A stretch of DNA of 64,000 nt, taken from Pachysolen tannophilus NRRL Y-2460. Lineage: Eukaryota. A program made the translations under genes and the position numbers. Shown piece after piece: positions 43,847 through 54,634 of this stretch. The notes beneath the pieces were generated by a model that saw nothing but the letters and a program-made list of their open reading frames with translations, was not told the origin of the DNA and did no database searches. How positions within the stretch are numbered: position 1 is the first letter of the stretch; each line of letters begins with the position of its first letter. The DNA lies in NCBI GenBank assembly GCA_001661245.1, contig KV454016.1, forward strand, positions 433,381-497,380, in the 5' to 3' direction.

Positions 43847-45274
43847 TTAATATAATAAACGGATAGAAATTTTGTTTGGGGTATTTTCCAAATGTTCGTA
43901 TAAATCTTTAATCTCAGCGCTATTAACATCAGAGATATCTGCCATCAAGTAAGCAATTTCACCTCTTGAATCTGAAAATTGTTTTTCAATATTGTAATTG
44001 GCCAAGATATGGTTAACAGTTCTTAAGACACCAGGAACATTTTGGTGGATATATAATACTCTTACGGAATTTTCTTGATCTAAATCCAATGCTCTTAAGG
44101 CAACTTCTGGGAAATTGACAGCACCTGTTGAAATACCTTCATTGATATATTTGGTTAATACAGTACCAACTTCAACACCAATGGCAGATTGTGCTTCTTC
44201 AGTTGAACCACCAATGTGTGGGGTTAAGATAACGTTTCTCAATGAAGTCAATTCTGTAGCCCAATCATTTAATTCATTTGAAAATAATCCAGTACCATTC
44301 TTTGAAGGTTCATTAGGGTAAACATCTAATGCAGCACCATAAATTTTTCCAATTTTCATTGCATCGACCAAAGCTGGAATATCAACAACAGTACCTCTAG
44401 AAGCATTGATCAAATAAGCACCATCTTTCATTGCAGCAATCTGTGGGGTAGAAATCATATGTTTGGTCTCTGGTGTTTCTGGAACATGCAATGTAACAAA
44501 ATCGGCTTGATTTAAAAGATCATTTAAAGTTGGAACTTGTTTTGCAGTACCTAATGCCATAATCATAAGAACATCGTAATAGATAACATTCATACCAAAA
44601 GCCTCTGCCAAAACTGATAATTGAGAACCAATATGACCATATCCTACAATACCTAGAGTTTTACCTCTAATTTCCCAACATTTAGCACTAACTTTATTCC
44701 AAGTTCCAGTATGCATTTCAATTGATCTATCACCTAATTGTCTTGCCAAAGTGATAATTTCAGCAATTACCAATTCCGCTACAGATCTAGAATTAGAGAA
44801 AGGAGAGTTAAAAACAGCAATTCCAAGCTTTGCAGCAGCTTCAAGATTAACTTGATTAGTTCCAATACAAAAACAACCAATAACAACCAAGTTCTTTGCA
44901 TGCTTCAACACATTCTCAGTTAATTTGGTCTTTGACCTAATACCAATAGCATGAACATCCTTGATCTTGTTAATCAAATCTTCTTCACTCAATGAAGTCT
45001 TGTAAAATTCAACTTGATAACCTTGAGAATTGAAAATATTAATAGCAGTTTGATTAACATTTTCCAATAACAATATCTTTATATCACCAGTAGAAAATGG
45101 TTTCAATGCCTTTACAGGCTTCGTAACAGAAAATGACCTAAGTCTTTGGTCACCATACTTGCTCATATACGAAGTTGATGGCGAAGTTGAAACCGCATTT
45201 GGCGAACTTGGAGAAACATTAACTGCATGTCTAAAAGCTTCGTTTAAATCGTTGATTTGTTGTGGAGTTGTCAT
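43847..45274 (-). CDS. SER3: D-3-phosphoglycerate dehydrogenase (Ser3/Ser33)
   Basis: ALKPFSTGDIKILLLENVN, GCFCIGTNQV, GIVGYGHIGSQLSVLAEA, TPHIGGSTEEAQ, C-terminal ACT domain. Confidence 0.95.
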   Translation of the reverse strand: MTTPQQINDLNEAFRHAVNVSPSSPNAVSTSPSTSYMSKYGDQRLRSFSVTKPVKALKPFSTGDIKILLLENVNQTAINIFNSQGYQVEFYKTSLSEEDLINKIKDVHAIGIRSKTKLTENVLKHAKNLVVIGCFCIGTNQVNLEAAAKLGIAVFNSPFSNSRSVAELVIAEIITLARQLGDRSIEMHTGTWNKVSAKCWEIRGKTLGIVGYGHIGSQLSVLAEAFGMNVIYYDVLMIMALGTAKQVPTLNDLLNQADFVTLHVPETPETKHMISTPQIAAMKDGAYLINASRGTVVDIPALVDAMKIGKIYGAALDVYPNEPSKNGTGLFSNELNDWATELTSLRNVILTPHIGGSTEEAQSAIGVEVGTVLTKYINEGISTGAVNFPEVALRALDLDQENSVRVLYIHQNVPGVLRTVNHILANYNIEKQFSDSRGEIAYLMADISDVNSAEIKDLYEHLENTPNKISIRLLY

Positions 45275-45502
45275 TTTACTTTCTTTCTTTCTCTCTCTCT
45301 AGCTAACTATCTTTTTTCTGGAAAAGTTTCCAAAATAATAATTTATTGATTGACCTTAAGGACTAAACCAAATTCAAATTAATCAGATATATACGGAAAA
45401 AAAGCAAGAGGTATTAAATATATATAATTTAATAAAAACTATGTTTGATGATTCATTTTTCTTTTTTTTTTTTTTTTTTTTCAGTACTTGAAGACAGTTT
45501 TC

Positions 45503-45591
45503 CACGTGAGATGTAAACATAATTTCCTCTTTAGGCAAAAAAGGTGGCTGATTATTGCTAGTAATAAAAAAAGCATGACTTTAGCCACTTT
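45503..45591. promoter_or_regulatory. Cbf1 site plus Gcn4-like and Met31/32-like sites upstream of SER3/33
   Basis: CACGTGA 45503-45509, ATGACT 45575-45580, GCCACTTT 45584-45591. Confidence 0.45.
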
Positions 45592-45799
45592 ATTTCCCTA
45601 TTAGGTAAGAGATGTTTTAAGAGGTAGTAAAGAATTTTCAATTAAATGAGTATGAGAGAAGAGACGGAAGTAGTAGTTGATTAGTTGATCAACTATGAGT
45701 ATAGAGATTAGATAGAAGAGTAAAAATTCTTTTTTTTCATTACCTATATATGTGAGAGAGAATTCAATTCCTTTTTTTTGGTTTTTTGGTTTTCGAATT

Positions 45800-47074
45800 T
45801 TACCTTAATTTACCCCATTTTATATTGATTTTTTTCTCATTTCTGCTGACATCATTTCTTTCTATAAAATCTAGTAAACTTATAGCAACTTTTTCAGGAC
45901 AATCTTCTTGGACGAAATGACCACAACGTTGATGTTCACCTGTTTCCAAGTTCAAGACACTGCTTTGAAAGACTATTAGTTGGTACTTTCCTTGCATTTG
46001 GCCAATCATAAGATATTTATCCAAGTTATCGTGGCCTGATAAGATTAAAAGTTTTGCAATTGATGATTTTATTGATGTGAAATTAAAGGATAACTTATCA
46101 AACCATTCATTCCAATATGGTTGAGTGTTGTATAGTTTAGCAATCCATTCATAATGATGTTTTTCTTCGTTATATTTAAATAAGGCAGGAATTGAAACTT
46201 GTGCAGATTTTAAATTATTCACTAATCCAACTTTCATATGCCATTTAATACAATCTTCTATAGTATCAAAATGCTTTGGAGTCTTGTCAAGATATGATAC
46301 CATTGCGTGTAGTGATTGGATAGCAACTTCTTCCACAATATCCAACATTGTTAAACCTTTTATGGAATTCACAATTTTTTCATCTTTAATATAATCTTTA
46401 ACTAGAACATTAGTTAATACAGAACCTCCTAAAGAATGACCCACCAAGAAAATACTTGGATTAATATAATTATGTTTCTTAACAAGTTCAGTTAATATAA
46501 ATGCAAAATCTTTAGAAAATGAATCCATAGAAAAATCTGTTTCAGGTTGATTTAATGATTCTGTTCTTGCATGACCTCTAAGATCAAATGAAAATATACC
46601 AGGTAATTCTTGACTATCTTCTTCTTGAACCATACGCTTGTTTTTATCTTCAAATTTTTTAGTTATCGCTTCGGACAATAATGCAAAAGTTAACCCAGAA
46701 GATCCGGCACCATGATGACATACAAATATTAAAGGATTATCATTAGTATAAAAAGGTGGTTGAAAATATGTGTTGTACTTATAATTATTTTCCGGATTAG
46801 TATAAATCTCATTATATTTAAAATATTTGTCCCATTGAGCTAAATCTTCTTTCCCTTTAATCTGTGTATTGCTGGAATTTCTTTTAGAAGCCGGTACCCT
46901 TCCATGAGGTAAACTGCTAGGTAATGCTGAAACCATATCCAACTCTTCTTCTTGCTCATCACCATCAGTATCAACATCACCACTTCCGCTATCAACTTCG
47001 TCAAAATTTAACCCAAGTTGGGCCTCTTTCTCCTTGATCTTCTTTTGAAAGAGTCTTTTTTGGAATTCTGACAT
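45800..47074 (-). CDS. PPE1: Protein phosphatase methylesterase 1
   Basis: HHGAGSSGLTFA, FDLRGHA, VGHSLGG, LDIVEE, LDKYLMIGQMQGKYQL, GHFVQEDCP. Confidence 0.93.
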   Translation of the reverse strand: MSEFQKRLFQKKIKEKEAQLGLNFDEVDSGSGDVDTDGDEQEEELDMVSALPSSLPHGRVPASKRNSSNTQIKGKEDLAQWDKYFKYNEIYTNPENNYKYNTYFQPPFYTNDNPLIFVCHHGAGSSGLTFALLSEAITKKFEDKNKRMVQEEDSQELPGIFSFDLRGHARTESLNQPETDFSMDSFSKDFAFILTELVKKHNYINPSIFLVGHSLGGSVLTNVLVKDYIKDEKIVNSIKGLTMLDIVEEVAIQSLHAMVSYLDKTPKHFDTIEDCIKWHMKVGLVNNLKSAQVSIPALFKYNEEKHHYEWIAKLYNTQPYWNEWFDKLSFNFTSIKSSIAKLLILSGHDNLDKYLMIGQMQGKYQLIVFQSSVLNLETGEHQRCGHFVQEDCPEKVAISLLDFIERNDVSRNEKKINIKWGKLR

Positions 47075-47335
47075 CTTCTAATACGTTGTTCCTAAACCAA
47101 ACCAACTTAGAAAACACACACAGAAAAAAAAACCTTCTCACCGTGTTGTTAATAGTATGTTGATACTTCATTTTAAACTACTTTTATTATATATGGGATC
47201 ATCAGATAACGAATTGTAATATGCAAATTTTCCACTACTGAAATATTTAATGTATTTGAATAATTTTGGTGTTTTTTGAGTAATTAACTCATCGATGAGT
47301 AACGTTATAGATAGATATATGAGTCAAGATAAGTC

Positions 47336-48121
47336 ATGGTGAAGGATTTGCGGCAACACTTTGAATTTATGGAAGAAGCTTTGAAACTTTCGGAGAAAGC
47401 TCTTGAGTTCAACGAGGTTCCTGTTGGGTGTGTATTTGTATTGGATGGGAAGGAAATAATTGGAAGAGGTATGAATGCAACAAATGAATCATTATGTGGA
47501 ATAAGACATGCAGAGTTTGTAGCTATAGATGAGATTTTGCAAAAATATTCGAATATTTATCAGACAAATGATGAAATAATTGAAAATGTCTTTTCCAATT
47601 GTGAATTATACGTAACAGTTGAACCATGTATAATGTGTGCTTCTGCATTAAGACAATTGAAAATTAAGAGAGTTATATTTGGATGTGGTAATGATAGATT
47701 TGGAGGAAATGGAACGGTGGTGAGTTGTAATAAAGGGTTCCCTAAAAATCATAATTCTAATAATTATCCAAAAGAATATAGTTCTTATCCAGGAATTTTA
47801 AATAAGAAAGCAGTGTTAATGTTACGAAAATTTTACTTACAAGAAAATGATAAAGCTCCAGATCCTCAAGTTAAGAAAAATAGAATAAATATTAATACAA
47901 ATGAGTTTCCAAAAATTGACTACCAGAAATATTTGGATTTGGAAGATTTCTTAAGCTTCTATGGTGAAGAGAGAATTGATTTCTTTAATGATCAAGTTGA
48001 TACAGATGATGAAATCTTGCCTATTCAAAATTTATCTTCAGAATCTTGTAATATTAAAAAACATATGGCCCACAAATTGAACGGCATAGAAGACTCAAAA
48101 AAAAAGCAAAAGGTTAATTAA
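47336..48121 (+). CDS. TAD2: tRNA adenosine-34 deaminase subunit
   Basis: EVPVGCVFV, HAEF, LYVTVEPCIMCASAL, FGCGNDRFGGNG; adjacent to SNX4 as YJL035C/YJL036W. Confidence 0.92.
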   Translation: MVKDLRQHFEFMEEALKLSEKALEFNEVPVGCVFVLDGKEIIGRGMNATNESLCGIRHAEFVAIDEILQKYSNIYQTNDEIIENVFSNCELYVTVEPCIMCASALRQLKIKRVIFGCGNDRFGGNGTVVSCNKGFPKNHNSNNYPKEYSSYPGILNKKAVLMLRKFYLQENDKAPDPQVKKNRININTNEFPKIDYQKYLDLEDFLSFYGEERIDFFNDQVDTDDEILPIQNLSSESCNIKKHMAHKLNGIEDSKKKQKVN

Positions 48122-48278
48122 AAAGAGAAAAGAAAAGAAAAGAAAAGAAAAGAAAAAAAAGGCTTTAAAGACATTTTATAGAATAGATTTAATACTTTAA
48201 TTGAAACCCCATATAAATTCCTATTAAAAACCATATAACCAAAAAATTATTAAAAAATTATTTATTTGATGATGAATG

Positions 48279-50390
48279 TTATACTGTTCCAATAATTTCT
48301 TCATTTTCATTATCTGATTCGATTGAATTAGGCTGGTTACTGACCATATCTTCTTCGTCCAAATCCAAGTGTGCATTATCATTTTCTTGTTCCTCATCTT
48401 CATGTCCATGAATCTCAGAGTTTTGCTCTGAGTCATGATCATCTCCATAATCATGGTCATGGTCCATATTTGAATTCAGATTTGGAACTTCTGCTATTTG
48501 CTCATGGCTGAGCTTGCTGTTTTGAGCATCCAGTTCAGATTTCCGTTTGTTTTTCCTTTCTTCATTATTTTTAACCAATTTATTATATTCATCTTCAATA
48601 ACACGTTCATTTTTTGATATTTCTTCACTATCGAAAAACTTTGAATCTTGATTCAATTTCAATTTAGAATTCACTAATTTATCCAAATCTGTGTCATCTA
48701 TCAATTTAAGATTCAAAGGTTCCCAAGTGTTTAAACAATTTTCATAGAAATTTAAATTATATCTTGATAATTTAATTAAATTTTCATTAATTTCTTCATC
48801 TTTTATAGCTTCGAATTTGGTAAATTCTCTTAATATATCTTTTTCAAAATTTTTAAAAATTTCAAAAGCTTCAGCTGTTGCCTTTTCCAAATTATTTATT
48901 TTCAAATTCAACTTTAAAATTCTATCATTTGTTGATGATTGTGATTGATATGAAGAAGAGGATGATGATAAAAATGATTCTAATTTTTTACTGAGAAAAT
49001 TAACTGTTGCCTCTGTAGCAGACCCAGAACCTCCATTTAACATAGATTGTTTCTCCTGTTTAGCTTTATTTAAATAATTTGTGAGTGCCTCATAATCTAT
49101 AAGTTTAGAATCTTTTAATTTTATCAAACTCTTCAATTGAATGATATAATGTTCCAAATCTTTTAAAGAAGTTAAATATTCATAATCAATTTTTGAAGAT
49201 AATTCATCAGCATGTTTCGATAATCTATGTAAATTTTGGGCAAAAGATTGAAAATTTTTCACCAAAGGTTGATCTAATTCGCAAGAACTTTCTTCTGTAT
49301 TATCTTCATTAATCAATTTATTTAATTTTAAGAATTCATCTCCAAATTTATTAAAATCTGAAGATAAATCATTTTGTCTTTTTAAAACCTTTGAATAAAT
49401 TTTATCTATTTTCAACAAATTCTCTTGTAATTTATTTGATTTTTCAAGCATTTCCTGAAATTCTTTTGAATTTTCTGTTTCAATGGTTGGCTTTTTAAAA
49501 GCATTCATAATATAATCAGAAAAAGTTTCATTATTGTCTAAAGTTGAAGGTAATGGATTATTAATTTTTAATGTTTGTTTATATGTATTCCAATAATCTG
49601 AATTTTCCAAAAAAATGTGATAAATTTTTGAATTTGACAATTGTGAACTCTTGGAAATTCTTTGCAAGAAATTATTTAAAGAAATTGCTCTTTTTTTAGT
49701 AAAATTTTCTGAAAATCTATCCCCTTTTATATATTCTAATCTTTGTTTATTTGGTAAAGGTGGTACTATCACCGTTGGGAAATCATTTAATAAACACTGA
49801 TATAAAAAATTAAAATCTGAAAACCTTCTTCTTATCTTAAAATTTGTTGATTGAAATGCTGGATTATTTGTAGATGTAACAATCAAATATGATATATAAT
49901 AATTGGCTCCATCCGATTCTTTCAAAGGATCTGAAACAGTTGAATGGATATAATAACTTTCATTTGAAGCTGAGGAATTTGATCCAGTAGCCTCACTTTC
50001 TCCCAGTTCTTGATTAGAACGTGACAGAGAAGCTGAATGCGATTGTAATTGAGATTGCGATAGTGAACTTGAAGTTACTCCTGCCACAGCCCGCACCCCA
50101 GGCGCCGCTGCTGGGTGCGCCGATGGCGAACGCGAGCCTTTAGGAAGCCCAACACTATGATTATGTTCATCCCTACTACTGCCGCCGTTCTCATTATCAT
50201 TATCGAGAGAATGTCTCAGCAAGACCGAATCAGAGGCCGCTTCTCCTTCCAGTTGTTGCTGCTGATGATGATGCTGCTGCTGCTGCTCATCGTCAGCTTC
50301 CAATATCGTTGAATGGTCATTATTTGGAACTAACGGCCTCAAAACGGGATCATCCCTATCCCATTGAACAGAACTAAACTCATCCGCCAT
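48279..50390 (-). CDS. SNX4: Sorting nexin 4 / Atg24 (PX-BAR)
   Basis: MADEFSSVQWD, VSDPLKE...YISYLI, RRRFSDF, PPLPNKQRLEYIKGDRFSENFTKKR, followed by a coiled-coil BAR region. Confidence 0.92.
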   Translation of the reverse strand: MADEFSSVQWDRDDPVLRPLVPNNDHSTILEADDEQQQQHHHQQQQLEGEAASDSVLLRHSLDNDNENGGSSRDEHNHSVGLPKGSRSPSAHPAAAPGVRAVAGVTSSSLSQSQLQSHSASLSRSNQELGESEATGSNSSASNESYYIHSTVSDPLKESDGANYYISYLIVTSTNNPAFQSTNFKIRRRFSDFNFLYQCLLNDFPTVIVPPLPNKQRLEYIKGDRFSENFTKKRAISLNNFLQRISKSSQLSNSKIYHIFLENSDYWNTYKQTLKINNPLPSTLDNNETFSDYIMNAFKKPTIETENSKEFQEMLEKSNKLQENLLKIDKIYSKVLKRQNDLSSDFNKFGDEFLKLNKLINEDNTEESSCELDQPLVKNFQSFAQNLHRLSKHADELSSKIDYEYLTSLKDLEHYIIQLKSLIKLKDSKLIDYEALTNYLNKAKQEKQSMLNGGSGSATEATVNFLSKKLESFLSSSSSSYQSQSSTNDRILKLNLKINNLEKATAEAFEIFKNFEKDILREFTKFEAIKDEEINENLIKLSRYNLNFYENCLNTWEPLNLKLIDDTDLDKLVNSKLKLNQDSKFFDSEEISKNERVIEDEYNKLVKNNEERKNKRKSELDAQNSKLSHEQIAEVPNLNSNMDHDHDYGDDHDSEQNSEIHGHEDEEQENDNAHLDLDEEDMVSNQPNSIESDNENEEIIGTV

Positions 50391-51142
50391 TATTCAACAG
50401 ATATATATATATATATATTTGTGTGTGTGTGTGTATAAATATATATATATATATATCTTTAATATGTGGAGATATATGGGCTTTCAAAAGTGAGGCAAAA
50501 ATACTTGCAGTTTAAGGCCTTATCAGTCTATATATATTTATATATATTTATATATAAATATATAAATATATATATATATCAATCAAAAAACCAACAATTA
50601 AGAATATTATAAACAAATAACAATAATGATCAAATCAATGAACTACTGATTATCTTTAGAAAAAGCCTTCTTTTAACTAAACCCTCTATTAAAAACTGTA
50701 TAAATCGTATTATATTTAGTTAACTTTGTTAAGATACGTTATGGAGGATTTAGCTCTTCTTCTTTTTTTCCTGTGTTTAAAGAAAAAAAAAATCAACTTT
50801 TTTATCGCGACAGTGCACGACTATTGTTTTTGGTGTGAGGAGAAAGAAAACCAAAATAGTAGTGCATAATCACAGAAAATATATAAATGATCGTGTGCAA
50901 AAATACAAAAGTAAAATAAATGGTCGTGTGGTGTTTTTATACCTACGCTTATTAGCGCCTGTTTGTGTGTATGCATCATGCATACGCATAAATTTATTTG
51001 AGTGCGTACTTTATATTAAAATAATGGTCGTGTATTTTGTCCCAAAAAAGATTACTTTGCAGCGAGCGATATGTTGCGAAAGCGATATGGATTGAGGGCG
51101 GCTAAAAAAATATAAGAAAACATAACAAGACAAAACAAAACA

Positions 51143-51148
51143 ACGCGT
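51143..51148. promoter_or_regulatory. MCB element (ACGCGT) upstream of RTT107
   Basis: ACGCGT ~75 bp upstream of ATG 51220, consistent with a G1/S DNA-repair gene. Confidence 0.5.
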
Positions 51149-51219
51149 TTAACAAAAGAAAGAGAAGAGAAAAGGGAAAAGAGAAAAGCTGAAGTTTGCT
51201 TATATTGATTGAAACGACA

Positions 51220-53736
51220 ATGGCGGGTGAGACACGTAATGGGTGCCTAGGGGATGTGAAGAGGGCTAATGGTTCTGATCGGTTATTTGAAAACTTTAAG
51301 GTTTTAATTGTGGAATCGTTGAAACTACCGCGCATAGAGATTGATATTTTACAAAAAATGTTGAACGAGAATGGGTGTCAAGAAACAGTGATCAACGGCG
51401 GGTTGATTGATGAATTAGTTGGGAGCTTAGAGTTTACACATGTTGTTTCCAATAGTGTTGATTTTCCTGGGTATGGTTTTGCAGATAAAAATATGATCCC
51501 AGTGGTTACTTCTAATTGGATAGAGTCTTCAGTACAAGAGAAAAGATTGTTACCACTTCGTCCTTATTCACCTGATGATAAGTATTTCTTGAAAGATGTC
51601 TTTATAACTGTTGTAGGATTACCTGCTGGAGATGTGGAGCTGATACATGGTGGTGTTCGGGCATTTGGAGGTCAGTTCCATGATCAATTGACAAATTTTA
51701 CAACACATATTATAACAACAAATATGGATAATAGTTTTTGTGAAGTGGCATTAGCGTGTAACAAAAGTGGCGATTCCAATATTAAGATTGTGGTGCCCCA
51801 TTGGATTGAAGACTGTTTTAAACTGGGGGTAAAATTATTGGATGATCCCTATGTGCTTCCTGATCCAAAAATTTTACAGAAAAATCATAATAAATTTGGC
51901 AAAAAAACTTGGTCATTATTTCAAAAAAAAACTGTTTTTATCAGTTCTGATTTGGAGTTGACTGAAACGATTAGGGATTGCATAAGTGAAATTATCAACT
52001 CTGCTGATGGTAAAGTTGTAGATGATGTTGAATCCGCCAATTGTTATATTGGTAAATACCGTGAGGGTAAAGATTTTTTAAAAGCTTCAAATAAACCCGA
52101 TGTTATTGTTGGGAATCTTAATTGGCTATATTGGATGTTAGCACATAATGAATGGTCATTACCTACTGCTAACTTATTACATTACCCTTATGTTAAAGAT
52201 GGATTGCCACAATTTAACAAATTTTTCATTAGTACTACAAATTATACTGGAGATTCAAGATTTTATCTTAGTACTTTAATAGAGTCAATGGGTGGGAATT
52301 TTACTAAAACTTTAAAGCCTACGAACACTCATTTGATATGTGCAAGACCTGTTGGTAAGAAATATGAAGCTGCTAAGAAATGGGGGAAAGAAAATAATAT
52401 TCATATAGTTAATCATCTTTGGTTAGAAGATACTTATACGAATTGGAAAATTCAAGATGAGACTCTGTCTAGATATGCTACAAGCTTCCCAAAGGTGCAA
52501 GCATTGGGCCAAATGCCATTAGATGTACAAATCTTAAAACAGTTTTATAAGAAAGAGGTAAACACGCCCCTTAAGAAGGATAAATTACCAACAAAAACAA
52601 CAAAAACAACAACATCAACAATAACAAAGGAACTACAATCAAAGCCATCTTCGAGTCCAAAATCAACAACTCCCATCATAGAAGAACGTGGGAACCCAGT
52701 ACATACTACGTCTGCTTCTACATCTCCTCCATCAACATCAGCATCAACTTCTAGATCTGCAAAATTGAAGGCGTCTGCGAAATTGCATTCCGATATGGAA
52801 GATTTAAATGAATTCCAGAAACTGAATAAAAATTCTCATCATGATAAAAGTCCAAAGTTGCCTTCAGAAATGGAGGAATTGAAAAATTTGAAAAAAATTA
52901 ATAAACAAAATGTTAAAAAGAGAAATTCACCAGATCTTTCACAAGATAATAACGAAATGGGAAATGAGGAAAATCATAAAAGACAAAAACAAAAAACAAC
53001 AGAAACGAAAAAGAAACCATATAATATAGTTGCATTAGCTACAGGCTGTGAAAATGATATTGAATTTTCTTCTTGGAATTTGAAATTACTATCAAAATTT
53101 GGTATCAAAATTATTGAAGAAGTTTCTGATTTAAATCAAACACTTAAACGAGATCAACTTTTAACAATAATTGCTCCAAAAATTCTAAGAACAGAAAAAT
53201 TTTTAACCGGATTAAGTTATAAACTTGAAAATTTATTAACTCCAGATTTTTTAAACGATGTAATTGATCTATACAAAGAAGGTGAAGAGCAAGATCAACA
53301 ACTTTTGGATGTTCCATCTCCACAAAAATACAACTTGTGTAAATTTATCGATTATAAAGATGTGAAATTAAAGGATATTTGGCAAGAACCTTCCGAGTCC
53401 AAGATTTTGGATTTAATTTCAAAATCTCAAGAAAATTCACAAATTTTTAAAAATAAACAAATCTTTATCTTAGGAACAAACCACGACAAATCCAAAAACG
53501 CGGCATACGCAAGAATTTTATCAGCCCATGGATCTGTTCCACCAATGATTAGTTCCAAGCCTACAGATATCATTGAAGCTATCCAAGAAAATAACGAATC
53601 TTACTTGCTATGCAATGACAAAAAATTGATAACTGCTTTCAACAAGGCATTGAAAAGCAAAAAAAAATTGAAAATAAAAATCAAAGACTGGGATTGGTTT
53701 GTCAAACGCATATTTAGAGAAGTTGAAGTAGAATAA
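51220..53736 (+). CDS. RTT107: Multi-BRCT DNA-damage scaffold (Rtt107/Brc1-like)
   Basis: PVVTSNWIESS...YSPD, GGVRAFGG...TTHII, VVPHWIEDC, ISTTNYTGDSRFYL...MGGNFTKTLKPTNTHLI, VNHLWLED, RSAKLKASAKLHSDMEDLNEFQK, RTEKFL. Confidence 0.85.
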   Translation: MAGETRNGCLGDVKRANGSDRLFENFKVLIVESLKLPRIEIDILQKMLNENGCQETVINGGLIDELVGSLEFTHVVSNSVDFPGYGFADKNMIPVVTSNWIESSVQEKRLLPLRPYSPDDKYFLKDVFITVVGLPAGDVELIHGGVRAFGGQFHDQLTNFTTHIITTNMDNSFCEVALACNKSGDSNIKIVVPHWIEDCFKLGVKLLDDPYVLPDPKILQKNHNKFGKKTWSLFQKKTVFISSDLELTETIRDCISEIINSADGKVVDDVESANCYIGKYREGKDFLKASNKPDVIVGNLNWLYWMLAHNEWSLPTANLLHYPYVKDGLPQFNKFFISTTNYTGDSRFYLSTLIESMGGNFTKTLKPTNTHLICARPVGKKYEAAKKWGKENNIHIVNHLWLEDTYTNWKIQDETLSRYATSFPKVQALGQMPLDVQILKQFYKKEVNTPLKKDKLPTKTTKTTTSTITKELQSKPSSSPKSTTPIIEERGNPVHTTSASTSPPSTSASTSRSAKLKASAKLHSDMEDLNEFQKLNKNSHHDKSPKLPSEMEELKNLKKINKQNVKKRNSPDLSQDNNEMGNEENHKRQKQKTTETKKKPYNIVALATGCENDIEFSSWNLKLLSKFGIKIIEEVSDLNQTLKRDQLLTIIAPKILRTEKFLTGLSYKLENLLTPDFLNDVIDLYKEGEEQDQQLLDVPSPQKYNLCKFIDYKDVKLKDIWQEPSESKILDLISKSQENSQIFKNKQIFILGTNHDKSKNAAYARILSAHGSVPPMISSKPTDIIEAIQENNESYLLCNDKKLITAFNKALKSKKKLKIKIKDWDWFVKRIFREVEVE

Positions 53737-53743
53737 TTTTATC

Positions 53744-53779
<36 letters not shown>

Positions 53780-54436
53780 ATTTATATATTTATATAAATA
53801 CATAGGAACTTTTTTTTTTTCCATATTACATAATCAGCACAAACAATAATACCATTTTTTTTGCAAATGATGTATTGAGCTTTTTTAGTTTTTTAATTCT
53901 TCAATTTTTTTTTTTCTCTCCTTTTAGGCCTCTTAGCATTTTAACATTTTTAGCATTCTGAAAGTTCTCAGTGTTTTCAACGTGTTAACCTGCATCTTGG
54001 GAGAAGATTAATCCGAGACCGCCCTCTTTCTCAGGAAAAAGTCCTGCAATAGACAGAGGAATATACCGCTACAAAATCATATCGGAGGAAAAAATCCTGA
54101 TTGAAAAGATCTTAAAGTTCTCATAGCCGGAGCAGATCATCCGCTACTTTCCAGATTCGGAACTCGTTCTCTGTGCATTAGCCACTTCTGCAATCAACGT
54201 ATTCCGTTTAAAAAGGTTTTTCTCAAATGAATCTTTTTTTTTATTTTTTTTGAGGACTTTAATGGCTAGAGCACAATTGCTTACAGTATATAAAGTATGA
54301 ACATTCCATATAAGATTTATTATACAATTCGTATTTAATATAAGTAAAATATATATTAATATATTTTTAATTATTAATATTATTCTAGTTGGTTTTTGAT
54401 ACCTATACATAGATATTTACAAACTTTTGAAAGAAA

Positions 54437-54599
54437 ATGAGTGCTCCAAAGTATGTATTAGAAATTGGATTTGTTCAATTGAATGAATGATCGTTGAATT
54501 TTAAAGTTGTCGGGAAAAAAGAAAAAAAAAGACGAGAAACAGCAAATGTACGAAATTTTTATTGAAATTTATTACTCCACTTGAATCAATTGATTAAAT

Positions 54600-54634
<35 letters not shown>

